Shown here: in pieces, positions 35,401 through 43,885 of the stretch | Layout: each line of letters starts with the position of its first letter | How positions within the stretch are numbered: the stretch's first letter is position 1 | Position numbers and translations under genes: made by a program | The notes under the pieces: generated by a model | What the model saw: only the letters and a program-made list of their open reading frames with translations | Database searches by the model: none | What the model was told of the DNA's origin: nothing | Origin: Amphiscolops sp. MND2022 | Taxonomy: Eukaryota | Assembly: GCA_964187785.1 (NCBI GenBank) | Contig: OZ076409.1 | Span: 95,916,001 to 95,980,000 of the forward strand | Direction: 5' to 3' | DNA length: 64,000 nucleotides

Positions 35401-36496
35401 AAGTGTCACCTACCTGTGCGTGAGCATGATGCCACACAGGCTTCACTGGTGCTCGCACCACAATCTTCATAGATGTTAGATCCACTAACACCTGGTAGGA
35501 TCGAAGAAAGTTCCGGCCAAGTAGGAAGTCTTCCACACCCATTGCATCATCTACCACCACAAAGTTCGTTTCAAGTTCGTATCCTCCCAGCTGGAAATGG
35601 ATGTGTTCTGCGAGGCCGTAGGTCTTTATTGTCTTCCTGTTGGCTGCGTACAGGTCAACTTGGTAGGGTTTAAGTACCGTTCCAGTTCGAGCTGCCACTC
35701 TGTTGAAGGCGGAAAACGTCAGTATGGAGACGCCCGAGCCAGTGTCCACCAGCCCTCGCAGCGGAATAGGTGCTGCATGAGGCACCACGAAAGAGACTAC
35801 GAGCGACGCACGCTCATCTATACGCGCTTCGCCGGTGGGCTCCTGGTGATTGATGTTATAGCATTTGAGCTCCTGGGGACCCAGACAGATGCCAGGGGGA
35901 AATACATCCACCACCACACAGGCTTCGAATTTCATATCCACTCCATCCATTGAAGCGCAGACTGGCACTGGGGAATACGTTGTCAGAGTCGCAGACTCTC
36001 CCGGAGCGTACCATTCTTTCGGTCGAGGCAATTCGTTTCGTTTGTAGAGGATAGACAACTCGACCCATAGCTTCGCCAGAGTTAGCGTCGGCCTACGCGT
36101 TTGCTCAGCTGCCAGTAACAGGTGAATTGAAATCAGCGTACGTCCTTGCGGATCGAACGTTGTGGGTTCCAAGCAGGTCTGAACTTGCTTAGCACCACAA
36201 GTGAATGTCATCGGAGTGTGAAACGCAGGCGGTTCCGCTGGATGTAGCATTAACACGCGGTCATCCTCCAAAGGTACGGTGTGCGCGGCGATGCCAGCTG
36301 ATTCGACCTCAGCCCATCGATTGTAGGCCAACTCTTCCTTGGGTTTTGGCGCATGGGAGTGCTCACCACATTGCACTTCCGCCTGATCGAAAAGGCCACA
36401 GCTCGCGCATTGATAGATCCCTGGATGACCTTCAAGGATACCATCGGTCGTGTCCTCCGTGGTCACCTTCACGCCCTCTGGTTCGGAGGCAGTCAT
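29426..36496 (-). CDS. pol: Element A Pol polyprotein (pseudo-PR, PR, dUTPase-like, RT, RNase H, integrase, AT-hook, 2x macro-like)
   Basis: LVDTGSG protease (35738-35746); YIDD (34223-34234); RNase H DTDAS/LE/VDNQAL/NADGLS; integrase H..H..CxxC and D,D,E; GP(H) motif WRGPHKV. The frame continues upstream through the zinc knuckle to the G11 run at 36619-36629. Confidence 0.97.
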   Translation of the reverse strand: MTASEPEGVKVTTEDTTDGILEGHPGIYQCASCGLFDQAEVQCGEHSHAPKPKEELAYNRWAEVESAGIAAHTVPLEDDRVLMLHPAEPPAFHTPMTFTCGAKQVQTCLEPTTFDPQGRTLISIHLLLAAEQTRRPTLTLAKLWVELSILYKRNELPRPKEWYAPGESATLTTYSPVPVCASMDGVDMKFEACVVVDVFPPGICLGPQELKCYNINHQEPTGEARIDERASLVVSFVVPHAAPIPLRGLVDTGSGVSILTFSAFNRVAARTGTVLKPYQVDLYAANRKTIKTYGLAEHIHFQLGGYELETNFVVVDDAMGVEDFLLGRNFLRSYQVLVDLTSMKIVVRAPVKPVWHHAHAQVGDTSIATPVVLDSDLVLQPFERAVARAKLVTNTLEPLIFQSVALNASLSDTTLHNVVFLEDSVATVSETGTLFVSLINLTSNPQRMRCGVQLGTVVPVTVVYQAVPQCLDSSTTTRTKTDADDSRANFVHKIYSEVNLSTASELTSSSEFEFLSSTDPSEAGLSEREIRKRTDPELMAPIPGPESQLKAVKDLWGASACESLRNLLDEFDELFMKHKADIGRCTIAKHTVEVEPGAVPHREGARRMSPEKAERANQEVRNLLALGMIQPSLSPWASGIVMVKKKNGELRFCCDFRPLNEVTIKDAYPLPRIDESLARLGKPKIYTSIDLAWAFWQIPVRKADRHKTAFACELGLFEWRRMPFGMCNASATFQRSIARALRNIVNREGSMVMAYIDDIVIATETVEDHMVRLRENFECLREAGFKMRVAKCDFMKSEIKYLGRVVSAEGVKPDPKAVVKLRDWEIPRNKTEMQSFLGFANYYREFIPWHAKLVAPLHAVTGLNATFAWGPEQQTAFNEIKKALIEATALAQPDSEGEFVLDTDASAVAISGILHQWQGPPGERRLRPIVYGSKKLTTTQAKYGAPKLEMFAAYYFIVKNHSYLCPRKFTLRVDNQALSWLKTYSTDQALIGRWIMTLEKYHFRVEHRPRTQHRNADGLSKRTNEYRCREKQLAQQPAAGERWNFLSADEFDKLPVAPWFDLQGRVIPNHPELPAHLQNLEPKAPNQLLRVLRRTKRASRRDRQAKAFAAPLPPPPSLALQPHEDAYPDYPEDWIDVTDEAREDYLLPTHAVNVPSRTVYAIAGANPVALQGTPSGVRDSIMALKDINTELHEHAHTVHGIKDLILAQNRDVHVLALKKLVLNESIDHDVFPENVREFARNYYRQKKTLLFINKNGVLCVQYPPNQRPLHERPCMIVMPQLYQHEILFRAHDAMGHQGISKVVARIQERHTWPGIRRSVGRYVGQCLTCQQVRDKPGDVRFHLKNIQSGYFNELVQYDHLKICPSDSNNTGILVIIDHFSKFAEAVPCSHHDYDAVTTSRLLLQKWFARHGTPTRMQSDNAPNLTAEVSNEFLKAAHVTKVTSTASHPRTQGLVERQNRTLLTLLRVFCSRRMRDWDQCLDEVMGAYNSTRHATTGFSPYMLTRGVEKAIPLTFLYPEFAAKSFESHEAYVDHVLARQQEIHDLVRRNTHQAQLRQKLKYDRAIQARAYQVGELVWVFCRYVPQKGSPKLMRAWRGPHKVVQVFQDGRVYVLDTGQKVHFERLKPHHSGPLELATAHSDSGEVVVLMDPEPERSVDVVDDDQSLSSYKPEQLLSEASDASLPSRRRHWMDTRLRTKLRAGGSRPHYQQFDYSTSGTDDELSDAMLPIPPNPVDEDMVEPAAPPTTLDQSISPARVLPQLFSDHERVRSPSPQISSEEETSLPGTSASLLTNPSLTNFLSNYPIWPTAPPIPLKSASSDSNVQPDLPDAPETSPGAGTAPSFRRGRGRPPKAQKKRLIRAKARTRKKETPRNAETETAIQAETEAPRTAETLTEASATALRYQLRSKRQPRYKCGTCGLRDCVCLLAVNENRRVPIGARGVPPEERENLVYRLTVRAEKTYSAVERSGDHPVDTILEKLSLPGVAKAPCPRFKEWTSDGKGLEFTLPTVLPPVPSNIAFGPFNFEREPVQMVRCITADLLCDKYGVQVEPGGVYSPAPHWWLLVTAPRVEALVEPLNLLSCLESLRTLTTVDLILCFHIIDWYRGKMKFAWWLELIITCFATYPRIRLLDEWTHTFEIPLFPKAALGTLDAWVKAGSDNRAMPRSVWQDLAAVQGRTHRVCLPSDNGPGREIVYPGALYPNSAEHVSYDESDFLQAEGDIVLACPADLKTNSAALRYVLRECGMEDVFALRPKVGEILTIPPDVNPNPNQSIHLLIVRANQRAPLLTDDYLRCMTYLIQRLIDKGSTRVHLPILDPERPAFSLVNLYHTLTNMFEGTGIHVVLHSRVYVSILTIGLK

Positions 36497-36512
36497 TGGT
36501 TTTCGAGCTTGG

Positions 36513-38876
36513 TCACGATTGGGGCACTCGCGAGCAAAATGTCCGTTTTGCCCACAGTGAAAACAAGCACCTACTGGCGCTCGGACGGGAGCTGGGACAG
36601 CCGGAGCTGGGACATTTTGGGGGGGGGGGCGCCGGAGGTGGCAAGACGCCCTGCGGCATAACCATCTTGTTCGGCGGCAGTGGTGCGAAAGGATGAGGTC
36701 TAGACCTCATGGCTAATCGGGGATCATAGGGTTGTTGAGGTTGGGTGGGTCTGGGACGATTGCGTTGCAGCTGACGTGTGGTAAATCGCAAGGACTCCAC
36801 GGTAGGGGGTTCGGTAAGAAAAGTTTCCGAGGCGTATACTATAGCAAGTTCACGCCTCAACACTGGATCTCGCACACCTTCCATGAAGCGTTGCAAGATT
36901 TCATAGCGTTTAGTAGTGATACTTTCTTGCGGGAATCCTTGGCTCCTGAGACCCTCTAAAGCGTCTAAGTACTGCATCCAGTCTTCTTTTTCTTGTTGGA
37001 CGCGGCTTTGGAAGGTCTGCCGCACCTGCATGCGATTTCCTCCCGCGCCAAATCGACTGGATAGCAACTCGAACACCTTCTCGGGGGTGTCACGTTCAGA
37101 CTCTGCCTTGTTGATGATGTAGTTGCGAGCCTCACCTTCGAGGTGACCGATAATGCTCCAGGCCCGATCTTCGGCCGAGATTTTGGTTTGGATTCTCTTT
37201 AAGTATCGCTGCATCACTAGGATCCAGCCATCAATAGACCCGTCCTTAGAGCCTCGATACACGCTGGGTTTGGTTTGAGCCAGGTCACGTCCCGCAAGTA
37301 ACGGTGCTAGTTCTTTGGACATTGCTTTGGAAATGGCGGCAGTGAACCTCAATTGCTCAGGAGAGATGACTTCAGCCTCTCCTTCCTTGGGTGCCACATC
37401 ATCAGTACCGTCGTCACTGCCATGCGTAGCTCGCACTGAGAGGTTCGTCACGTCTTCTTTCCTGCGAGTGCTACTCGCGCAAGGAGCGCCCGAGGGCATC
37501 CCGTCCTCAGCTGTCCAGTCGGCGGTCAGATACAGGGAGTCCGTTCCAGAAACCATGGTAGGGGCCGTCGCATACGCAGCTCCATCAGTCTGGGACCCTA
37601 GTGTGGCCTTAGCACAGGATAAATCAACTTCGGTAGAAGTATCTAGATAGATAGGTGACATCGGGTCCACACCTTGGTCTCGGGTGGCACTTCGAACTAG
37701 GGAGGATGTCATTTGGCTCATCGACGAGGAGTCGTGGGGCCCTCTTACCTGCACCCGTGCAGGTTTACGCTCCACAGCAGCCATGATGGGCACAGGATCC
37801 TTGGTTCGGGTTTCAGGCGTTGTCGACTTGGAGGTGCTGGGCTTCAATACGCTCGCCAACTCGGGTTTTGTTGCCTGACCCTGGTGCGATGATTCCGTGG
37901 CCTTAATTGAATCCGCGATCGGCACACCTTCAGTGGCACCAGCTTGTCGTGGGAGGGACCTTTCGCGCCTCATGATGTTGATAGCATTGAGCCAAGTGTG
38001 CATTTGGTTACTCAAATCATTGATCTGGGTTTCCACACGAAGTTCACGGGCCATCAAAAGGTCATTCATCTCACCCATTCTGTAGCCTAGTGCATCTACG
38101 CGAGCGCTCTGCGTGTTCTGCGCGGTTCGCAGTTGATCACTGACTTGCAAACCTTCTCGCATCGTTGTCTGCAATGTTCTCATATTTTCTGCGATGGCAC
38201 GGTGTTGGTCATTGCATCCAGCACGAGTGCTAGCCAGTTCAGCTAAGGCACGTTGGGTCTCGGCTTGGGCTTCCAATATTGCTGCTTTGTACACCGAAGA
38301 TCGTTGGGACGATGCCACTGAACCTGCCACGCTCCTCTTACGAGGCACCTCAACTTGACGTTCACCTACATTTATCATGGGTGGTCGCACTTTCTGGTGT
38401 TTGCCATAAGCACAAACTCTAGTGTTACTTCGAGTGACTCCAGACCCTTGCGGTCTCGCACCACTCGTGTTCTCCGAGTAGGTAAGATCCTCATCCACCG
38501 TGATCTGCAGGCGAGAGCTTATTTTTTCCCCTAGGGGTGCGCGAGAGCACCCTTCCTCAGCTGCAAGTTCGTTGGTCACGTTTGAGTTGGGCCACTCTTC
38601 TTCTGCTTCATTGGCTCTTTCACGACAGGTTTCTTCGACCCATTGTTCGGTTCGACGAGAGCTTCCAGATGCAACGGAACCCTCAGAGGGAGGGACCATG
38701 GCGGCCAGTTCCTCCTTTCGTTGTTGCTCGATAGTGACTTCGTCAGACATTTCGTCTGAAAAATGCGAACCGTCCATTGTGGATCCTATGGTCACCCATG
38801 ACTGCGAACTCATGTCAAGCTTTTCCAGGCCTGGTAGGACCATTACACACGATGCCAATGGCAGAGCAGGTGTCAA
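36513..38876 (-). CDS. gag: Element A Gag (long acidic/coiled-coil N-terminus + capsid)
   Basis: Capsid-like YRGSKDGSIDGW..., HLEGEA, QTFQSRVQQEKEDWMQYLDAL. The true C-terminal CCHC knuckle CFHCGQNGHFAREC lies in the pol frame after a C-run shift. Start codon uncertain (first ATG at 38843). Confidence 0.9.
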   Translation of the reverse strand: MTPALPLASCVMVLPGLEKLDMSSQSWVTIGSTMDGSHFSDEMSDEVTIEQQRKEELAAMVPPSEGSVASGSSRRTEQWVEETCRERANEAEEEWPNSNVTNELAAEEGCSRAPLGEKISSRLQITVDEDLTYSENTSGARPQGSGVTRSNTRVCAYGKHQKVRPPMINVGERQVEVPRKRSVAGSVASSQRSSVYKAAILEAQAETQRALAELASTRAGCNDQHRAIAENMRTLQTTMREGLQVSDQLRTAQNTQSARVDALGYRMGEMNDLLMARELRVETQINDLSNQMHTWLNAINIMRRERSLPRQAGATEGVPIADSIKATESSHQGQATKPELASVLKPSTSKSTTPETRTKDPVPIMAAVERKPARVQVRGPHDSSSMSQMTSSLVRSATRDQGVDPMSPIYLDTSTEVDLSCAKATLGSQTDGAAYATAPTMVSGTDSLYLTADWTAEDGMPSGAPCASSTRRKEDVTNLSVRATHGSDDGTDDVAPKEGEAEVISPEQLRFTAAISKAMSKELAPLLAGRDLAQTKPSVYRGSKDGSIDGWILVMQRYLKRIQTKISAEDRAWSIIGHLEGEARNYIINKAESERDTPEKVFELLSSRFGAGGNRMQVRQTFQSRVQQEKEDWMQYLDALEGLRSQGFPQESITTKRYEILQRFMEGVRDPVLRRELAIVYASETFLTEPPTVESLRFTTRQLQRNRPRPTQPQQPYDPRLAMRSRPHPFAPLPPNKMVMPQGVLPPPAPPPPKCPSSGCPSSRPSASRCLFSLWAKRTFCSRVPQS

Positions 38877-40063
38877 CGATTCGGACGTAGCCTTTAAAGA
38901 AGCCTCGAAGAACGCGGGATTTGTCGAGTCGCTGTTAGCTCTAGGCTCGTCTCGGTGTGGACTTAAGAAATTTGACTGTTTCGCAACGTCCCAAATTTCT
39001 CGAAATACGTTTTAAGGCTCGTAGGCTGTTCAAATTTGCACAGCGCTTTTCCACAAGCACACTGGGCCAGAAAATCAACCTGGTTCAGGGCAAAACGTCT
39101 CCGGTCACTCACAGGAAGAATTTCAAAGATTTTTTGGATTTTCCAAAATTTGCACTACAACACTCAAGAGGCTCGTGTGTGCGCTGGAGGCGCTGTACCA
39201 AGCCCAAAATTGACCAGCAGATCTTAGGTACGTGTAGGTTTACGAAAATAAACACAGAATTGAGCTGCACCCCTTCTACGCAGTTTCACCTAGGTACAGA
39301 CGTGCGGTACCACTATGTACCGGGATACACTGTTTTTCACGTCTTTTTCAAGATTGCGGTCCACTGAAAAAAGCTAGCAAGCTCAAATTCTCTGCAACGA
39401 CGTAGGAACTAGCACAGGTTACGATGGTGGGCTACAATATGGCCCCACCCGTTGGCTAAGGTGCCCGGGTTACTCGGAAAATTTAAGAAAAAACTGCCTT
39501 TTTGCACACCTTTTTGGGCGCCGCGTTTTTCCTATTTTCTCGACAAGTATCGCACAGATTGGCACCAAACTTGGTAGTTTATGCCAGTGGGCACCTACAA
39601 TGCCACTGATATGGTCGAATTGAAGCGCGAGCGCTTATTTGAGGTTTCGACCCACTATGTACGTTGTACACGAAAAAACACTGTTTTTGACGACTTTTTT
39701 CACAAATTGACCAAGAGGATCACCTCAGAAAGTGATACGGCGGGCAAAATGGGACCAACGTGTCGCCCCACTATCCGTAGCACTGGGATAAACCCTCAAT
39801 TGGTTGTGCCCGTTGGATATAAGGCACTGACAGTCCTGCAGTTTTGGATTTTTTCGGCTTTTTCAGCTTCTCTGGAGTCAAAACGTCAGAGAGCTTTTCT
39901 CGACTTTGGGGAACGATACGCCCACCAAATTTTCGGCACTAACGTTACTTTTTGTGGTGGTTACGAAAATGCAACCACTTTTTGGCTAGGGTTCAGGAAT
40001 CGATGACCCGACCCTAGCTCAGAGACGGTCCGGTTTTGTGGAAAATTGATCAAATCCAGTGCG

Positions 40064-40337
40064 TTTTTCAACTTTTCTCAGCACTGAATGGGAGTTTTTG
40101 CACGCGGTTTTCACCACAATGCGTTATTTTTATTATAAAAACAGAAAATGAGAGCGCGGAAGCTCCTAGCTAACAAAAAGACAGAGTGCCCAGGGGGTTT
40201 TTATTGTGCGCTGGCACACTCCTGAAACTGACTAAAAATCAAGGTTTTTCAACTTTTCTCAGCACTGAATGGGAGTTTTTGCACGCGGTTTTCACCACAA
40301 TGCGCTATTTTTATTGCTAGAACAGAAAACAAGAGCG
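40064..40337. repeat. ~93-bp direct repeat (2 copies, 181 bp apart) in the 5' leader of element A
   Basis: tttttcaacttttctcagcactgaatgggagtttttgcacgcggttttcaccacaatgcg at 40064 and 40245. Confidence 0.9.
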
Positions 40338-41517
40338 TTCAAACTCGCTCTGGTCCACTAAGCTTCACCCTCAAGACTTTCAGACAATGCACTTTCTATG
40401 CCTAAAAACACCTTAAATTACCGGTTTTTTGCACCGTGTCAGCCCCAGGCTGCCTGAATCCGCTGTAAAAGTTACAGTTAGTGTCCTGTGGGTTTACTAC
40501 GCTTGACAAAACACCGTACACTGCTTTTTCATACTTCTACACCAGTGTACGCCTGTGTTTCTGGGTGCCATTTTGGTCAAAATTCCACTTTTTTGCAATT
40601 TTCTGGTGCTAGATCGGCACTTTTATCACAACCAAAGGCAAAATTACGGCCTTCTGTGCCTCGTACTAGCTTTCTCGAGCCTTGCAGCTGCTTTTTACAA
40701 CACTTTTCACGAAGTTTTCCTGGCTCCGCTGAGCACAAGTGCTCAAAACCACGAAAAACACGAAAAAAACGCAAAATCAGGGTTTTTTCACGCAAGTGCT
40801 ATCTTTTTTTACAGAAAAGCACTTCGTAGGGTGTCGTTACATCTACAATAAAACATTACTGACCTGCACCAACGATTCCCCGTCGAAAAAGGTGCATTTT
40901 CAAAAATTTCACCGACCATGAGCCATTTGAGCGACGCGTCCGGTCACAGGGGGTGCACCTTCACCACGCTTTTTCTCCACATCCAGACCAGATAGAGACA
41001 CGCGGTTTGGACCATTGGCATCGTCTGCAATTGCACTTGCTGTCCACCAAAAACCATACCTCTAGGACGTCTCCACGAGAAATGGGAGTAGGAAGTAGGC
41101 AACACACAATTTGACTCCCCCTTCGCCTCGCTGGTTCATGGTCAGCCATCCACCAGTCACCCTCTTGCATGGCATAAAATGGCTGAAAATAGCTTGCAAA
41201 ACCTGTTAAACACCCGTAGCCACGTGCTACGGTCTTCAGCACCTGCAAAAAGATACCCGCTGATGGGCACACAACACATCACACAAAAATATCGATTTCC
41301 TTCCAAAACACCTAAAAATACCATTTTCGCACCTGAAAACGTGATTTTTTCGGGTTTTCTCTGGTTCAACGCCTCTCCCAGTTCCAGTAGAATGTCACAC
41401 GACTAAAAAAGGGCAAAACTCTGCTTCTCTCTCCTTCTTCAGAGTCGAAACGGGCTTGGCGCTGATTACCAGGGGGCCAGATCTTTTAAAAACCGCTAGG
41501 GAAAGCTTCCCAAGACG

Positions 41518-41535
41518 ATCCCTCTGTGGTCGCCA
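41518..41535 (-). other. Primer-binding site, tRNA-Arg-like
   Basis: Minus TGGCGACCACAGAGGGAT; its complement atccctctgtggtcgcca resembles metazoan tRNA-Arg 3' ends (from memory). Lies 15 nt from the LTR. Confidence 0.65.
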
Positions 41536-41550
41536 AAAAATGAGGTTCTA

Positions 41551-42265
41551 TGTAACGATAAGCGCTGGCGCTTGAACCGCAACGTAGAATGGAGGAACTA
41601 GAACAGCGAATGTAATCCGGGACTTAGATCTCCGCGGCCCTAGCTCATTTTCCCTCCGAAGGAGCCAGTCCCAAGGTGGGGGAACCGTCTTGTTGGAAAC
41701 TCTCTGGCCTGGTCCTAGTCTGTAACTGCTAAAAGTAACGGGCATCTTGCATGTCTCAAGACCACTGCTCAATTAGCCTTTAAAAAGAGGACTGAAAACA
41801 GGGGGATGTTGAGCCATAGTATTGGAGAATCTGATAAAATCGACATCAAAAAGGGGTAACCATAGATGTAAATGGGCAGCTCTCGAGCATATCAATCTAC
41901 TACAACAAGGAAAGCACAATAAGCATAACAATATCAGAAGTTTGAGTTATTTAGCAGGAGCGAATTGACCATGGCTTCCCAGCGCTAGCGCTCGTCACCG
42001 CACAGGACGCCGCAGGATCTTCAGGCGAGCATCTGGAACACCGGTTTCTGTTACCTATGTAGTGTAAACGCCAAAGATGGGCACTTCACCGTGTTCTAGG
42101 GACTGTTTTCTACGTCTTCTCTTTTCGTCGTCTCTCGCGGGGGCGATTTCTGATTTCTGATCTGCTTTTTTTGACAGGTCTTTCGTCTGGAGCATGTTTG
42201 AGTGCCACGTCAGATTTGAACGAATTTTTGCTTCGAAAATTTTGACATGGGCAGTTGCCGTTACA
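41551..42265 (-). repeat. 5' LTR of element A
   Basis: Direct repeat of 23364-24078. Confidence 0.97.
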
Positions 42266-42461
42266 TTCAATATCATATCGATAACGTTTTGTACTTAAAA
42301 CATTGTACTATAGTATTCATAGTTTTTATACTATTCGTATTTGAGCTCCATGATTGATACGATCTTACTACGATCATAGTACTTTATCAACAAATTAATC
42401 GACTACATTTTAAGTAATGAATTTGGCTTGGTTTGTCCTCATTTATTCCGCCGTTAGACTC

Positions 42462-42944
42462 AACAAGACGGGAACGTCTCAAGTCGGCGTTATGTCTAAG
42501 GCTCAAAAAGCGCAAAACATTTTTTTTGGAAAAAAACTTGAAATTTTCGAAAAAAAAATTTCCTTTCGGAAAATGTCGCACAGTGCCGAAAAATGTAAAA
42601 GGGGGGCCCTTTTTGATTTATAAACACGCATTCTGTAGCAAAATACCAAAAAACTCAAAGGGGGGACCCTTTGGGGACATTAAAAAAATTTCGAAAAGAA
42701 AGTCGCACAGTGCCGAAAAAAAATCGAAAGGGGGGACACTTTAGTCCCGTCCGGGCTTGTAGGTAACGTTTAAAAAGTAAAAAACCAAAGGGGGGATCCT
42801 TTGGAATAATTTACATGCGTTTCCCTGGTATTTAGTTTCCGTTAGTTGAACGTTAACGTTCGTCGCTTCGAGTCTGTCTTGAATAAAAAAAAACGAGCGA
42901 CTGTTATAGTCGGGCTCTTTTATTTATAAAAGCGCCGACTAAAA
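42462..42944 (-). mobile_element. HINE/DINE-1-like element, full length
   Basis: aacaagacgggaacgtctcaagtcggcgt ... agcgccgactaaaa. Confidence 0.78.
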
Positions 42945-43885
42945 ACTAACCCTTTTGTTCTGAACAAGGTACTCAAAGACCAGTCGAATAGTCATATGAA
43001 ACTACAGATGCCAAATAAATCAAAAATTATATGCCTTCAAGACGCCCTTTAGAAAAAAACAGGCCTGGTCATACAAGGCTTTTAAAACATTAAAATCAAA
43101 TAATAGTTATGAAAAAGAATTTTCTATAGTTTCAAGATTTTTCATTGCAGTAAAATTTAATAACAAAGTTTGAAAAGATTGAATTTTGCAAAGTTATAAT
43201 AGCCGACCTCTTACCTGCAAATCCGATTTCTTACACCAGGCCACTCTGTTAAAAATCGACTTCAGCTAGTGTTGAAACGACTGTTCGTCGCTGTTGAAAG
43301 TCGCTCCCTTCTCTATTTCTAGAATTAAACTTTTCTCTCAGAGTCCTTACTTACTAAACTAGTCAACTTGCCAATCTGTAAATTCATATCATAGAAATTT
43401 TAGTTTCTTTAGTTTCTAAATCTTTCGTGTTCTCTTTGTTGCGCTCTAGATATTCATTATCAATGCCGTTGTCGTCAAAATCATTCATGGAAAATGGGAA
43501 AGACTGGCAGTTTCGTCTTTATCGATGTAATAATTCGTTTTACTAGGTACAGTTCGCTGATGATAGAGGATTGTAGTTGTAATGTAACGTCCGGCTAGCG
43601 GCGCACATCTAGGAAGAGGGAAAATGCCTAGGGTGCTTAAACAGGAGACCATTGTCTTACTACATCCCTAGACACTAGTTTTTGTTCCCAAAATGGTCTG
43701 CTAGGGAGACTTTTCTTACGTCTAAGGAGGCTCCTCTAGTTAGAGCTCCGAGGCGACGTGCCGGAACTCTCAAAATCCGGACACGCCCCACAAGCCTGTA
43801 AAAACGAATCCTAAGGTTTCTAACGAGTTTCCGCAACTCCTACCTACTTCCGAGGTCCAAAAAAGGTATCTAACTGAAATACATT

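Larger units (their letters stand above)
23364..42265 (-). mobile_element. Full-length Ty3/Gypsy LTR retrotransposon, 18.9 kb, three-ORF organisation (element A)
   Basis: Two 715-bp TGTAACG..CGTTACA LTRs that differ at only one position I could see (gtgtgag vs gtttgag); gag, PR-RT-RH-IN order, PBS, PPT. Confidence 0.97.

Noticed and set aside
36613..36625. -1 ribosomal frameshift at C CCA AAA
   Set aside because: A -1 shift leads to the wrong frame; pol lies in the +1 frame.
24884..39367. Numerous plus-strand ORFs (60-200 aa) over element A
   Set aside because: Antisense shadows of GC-rich gag/pol/ORF3 coding sequence with no recognisable motifs.
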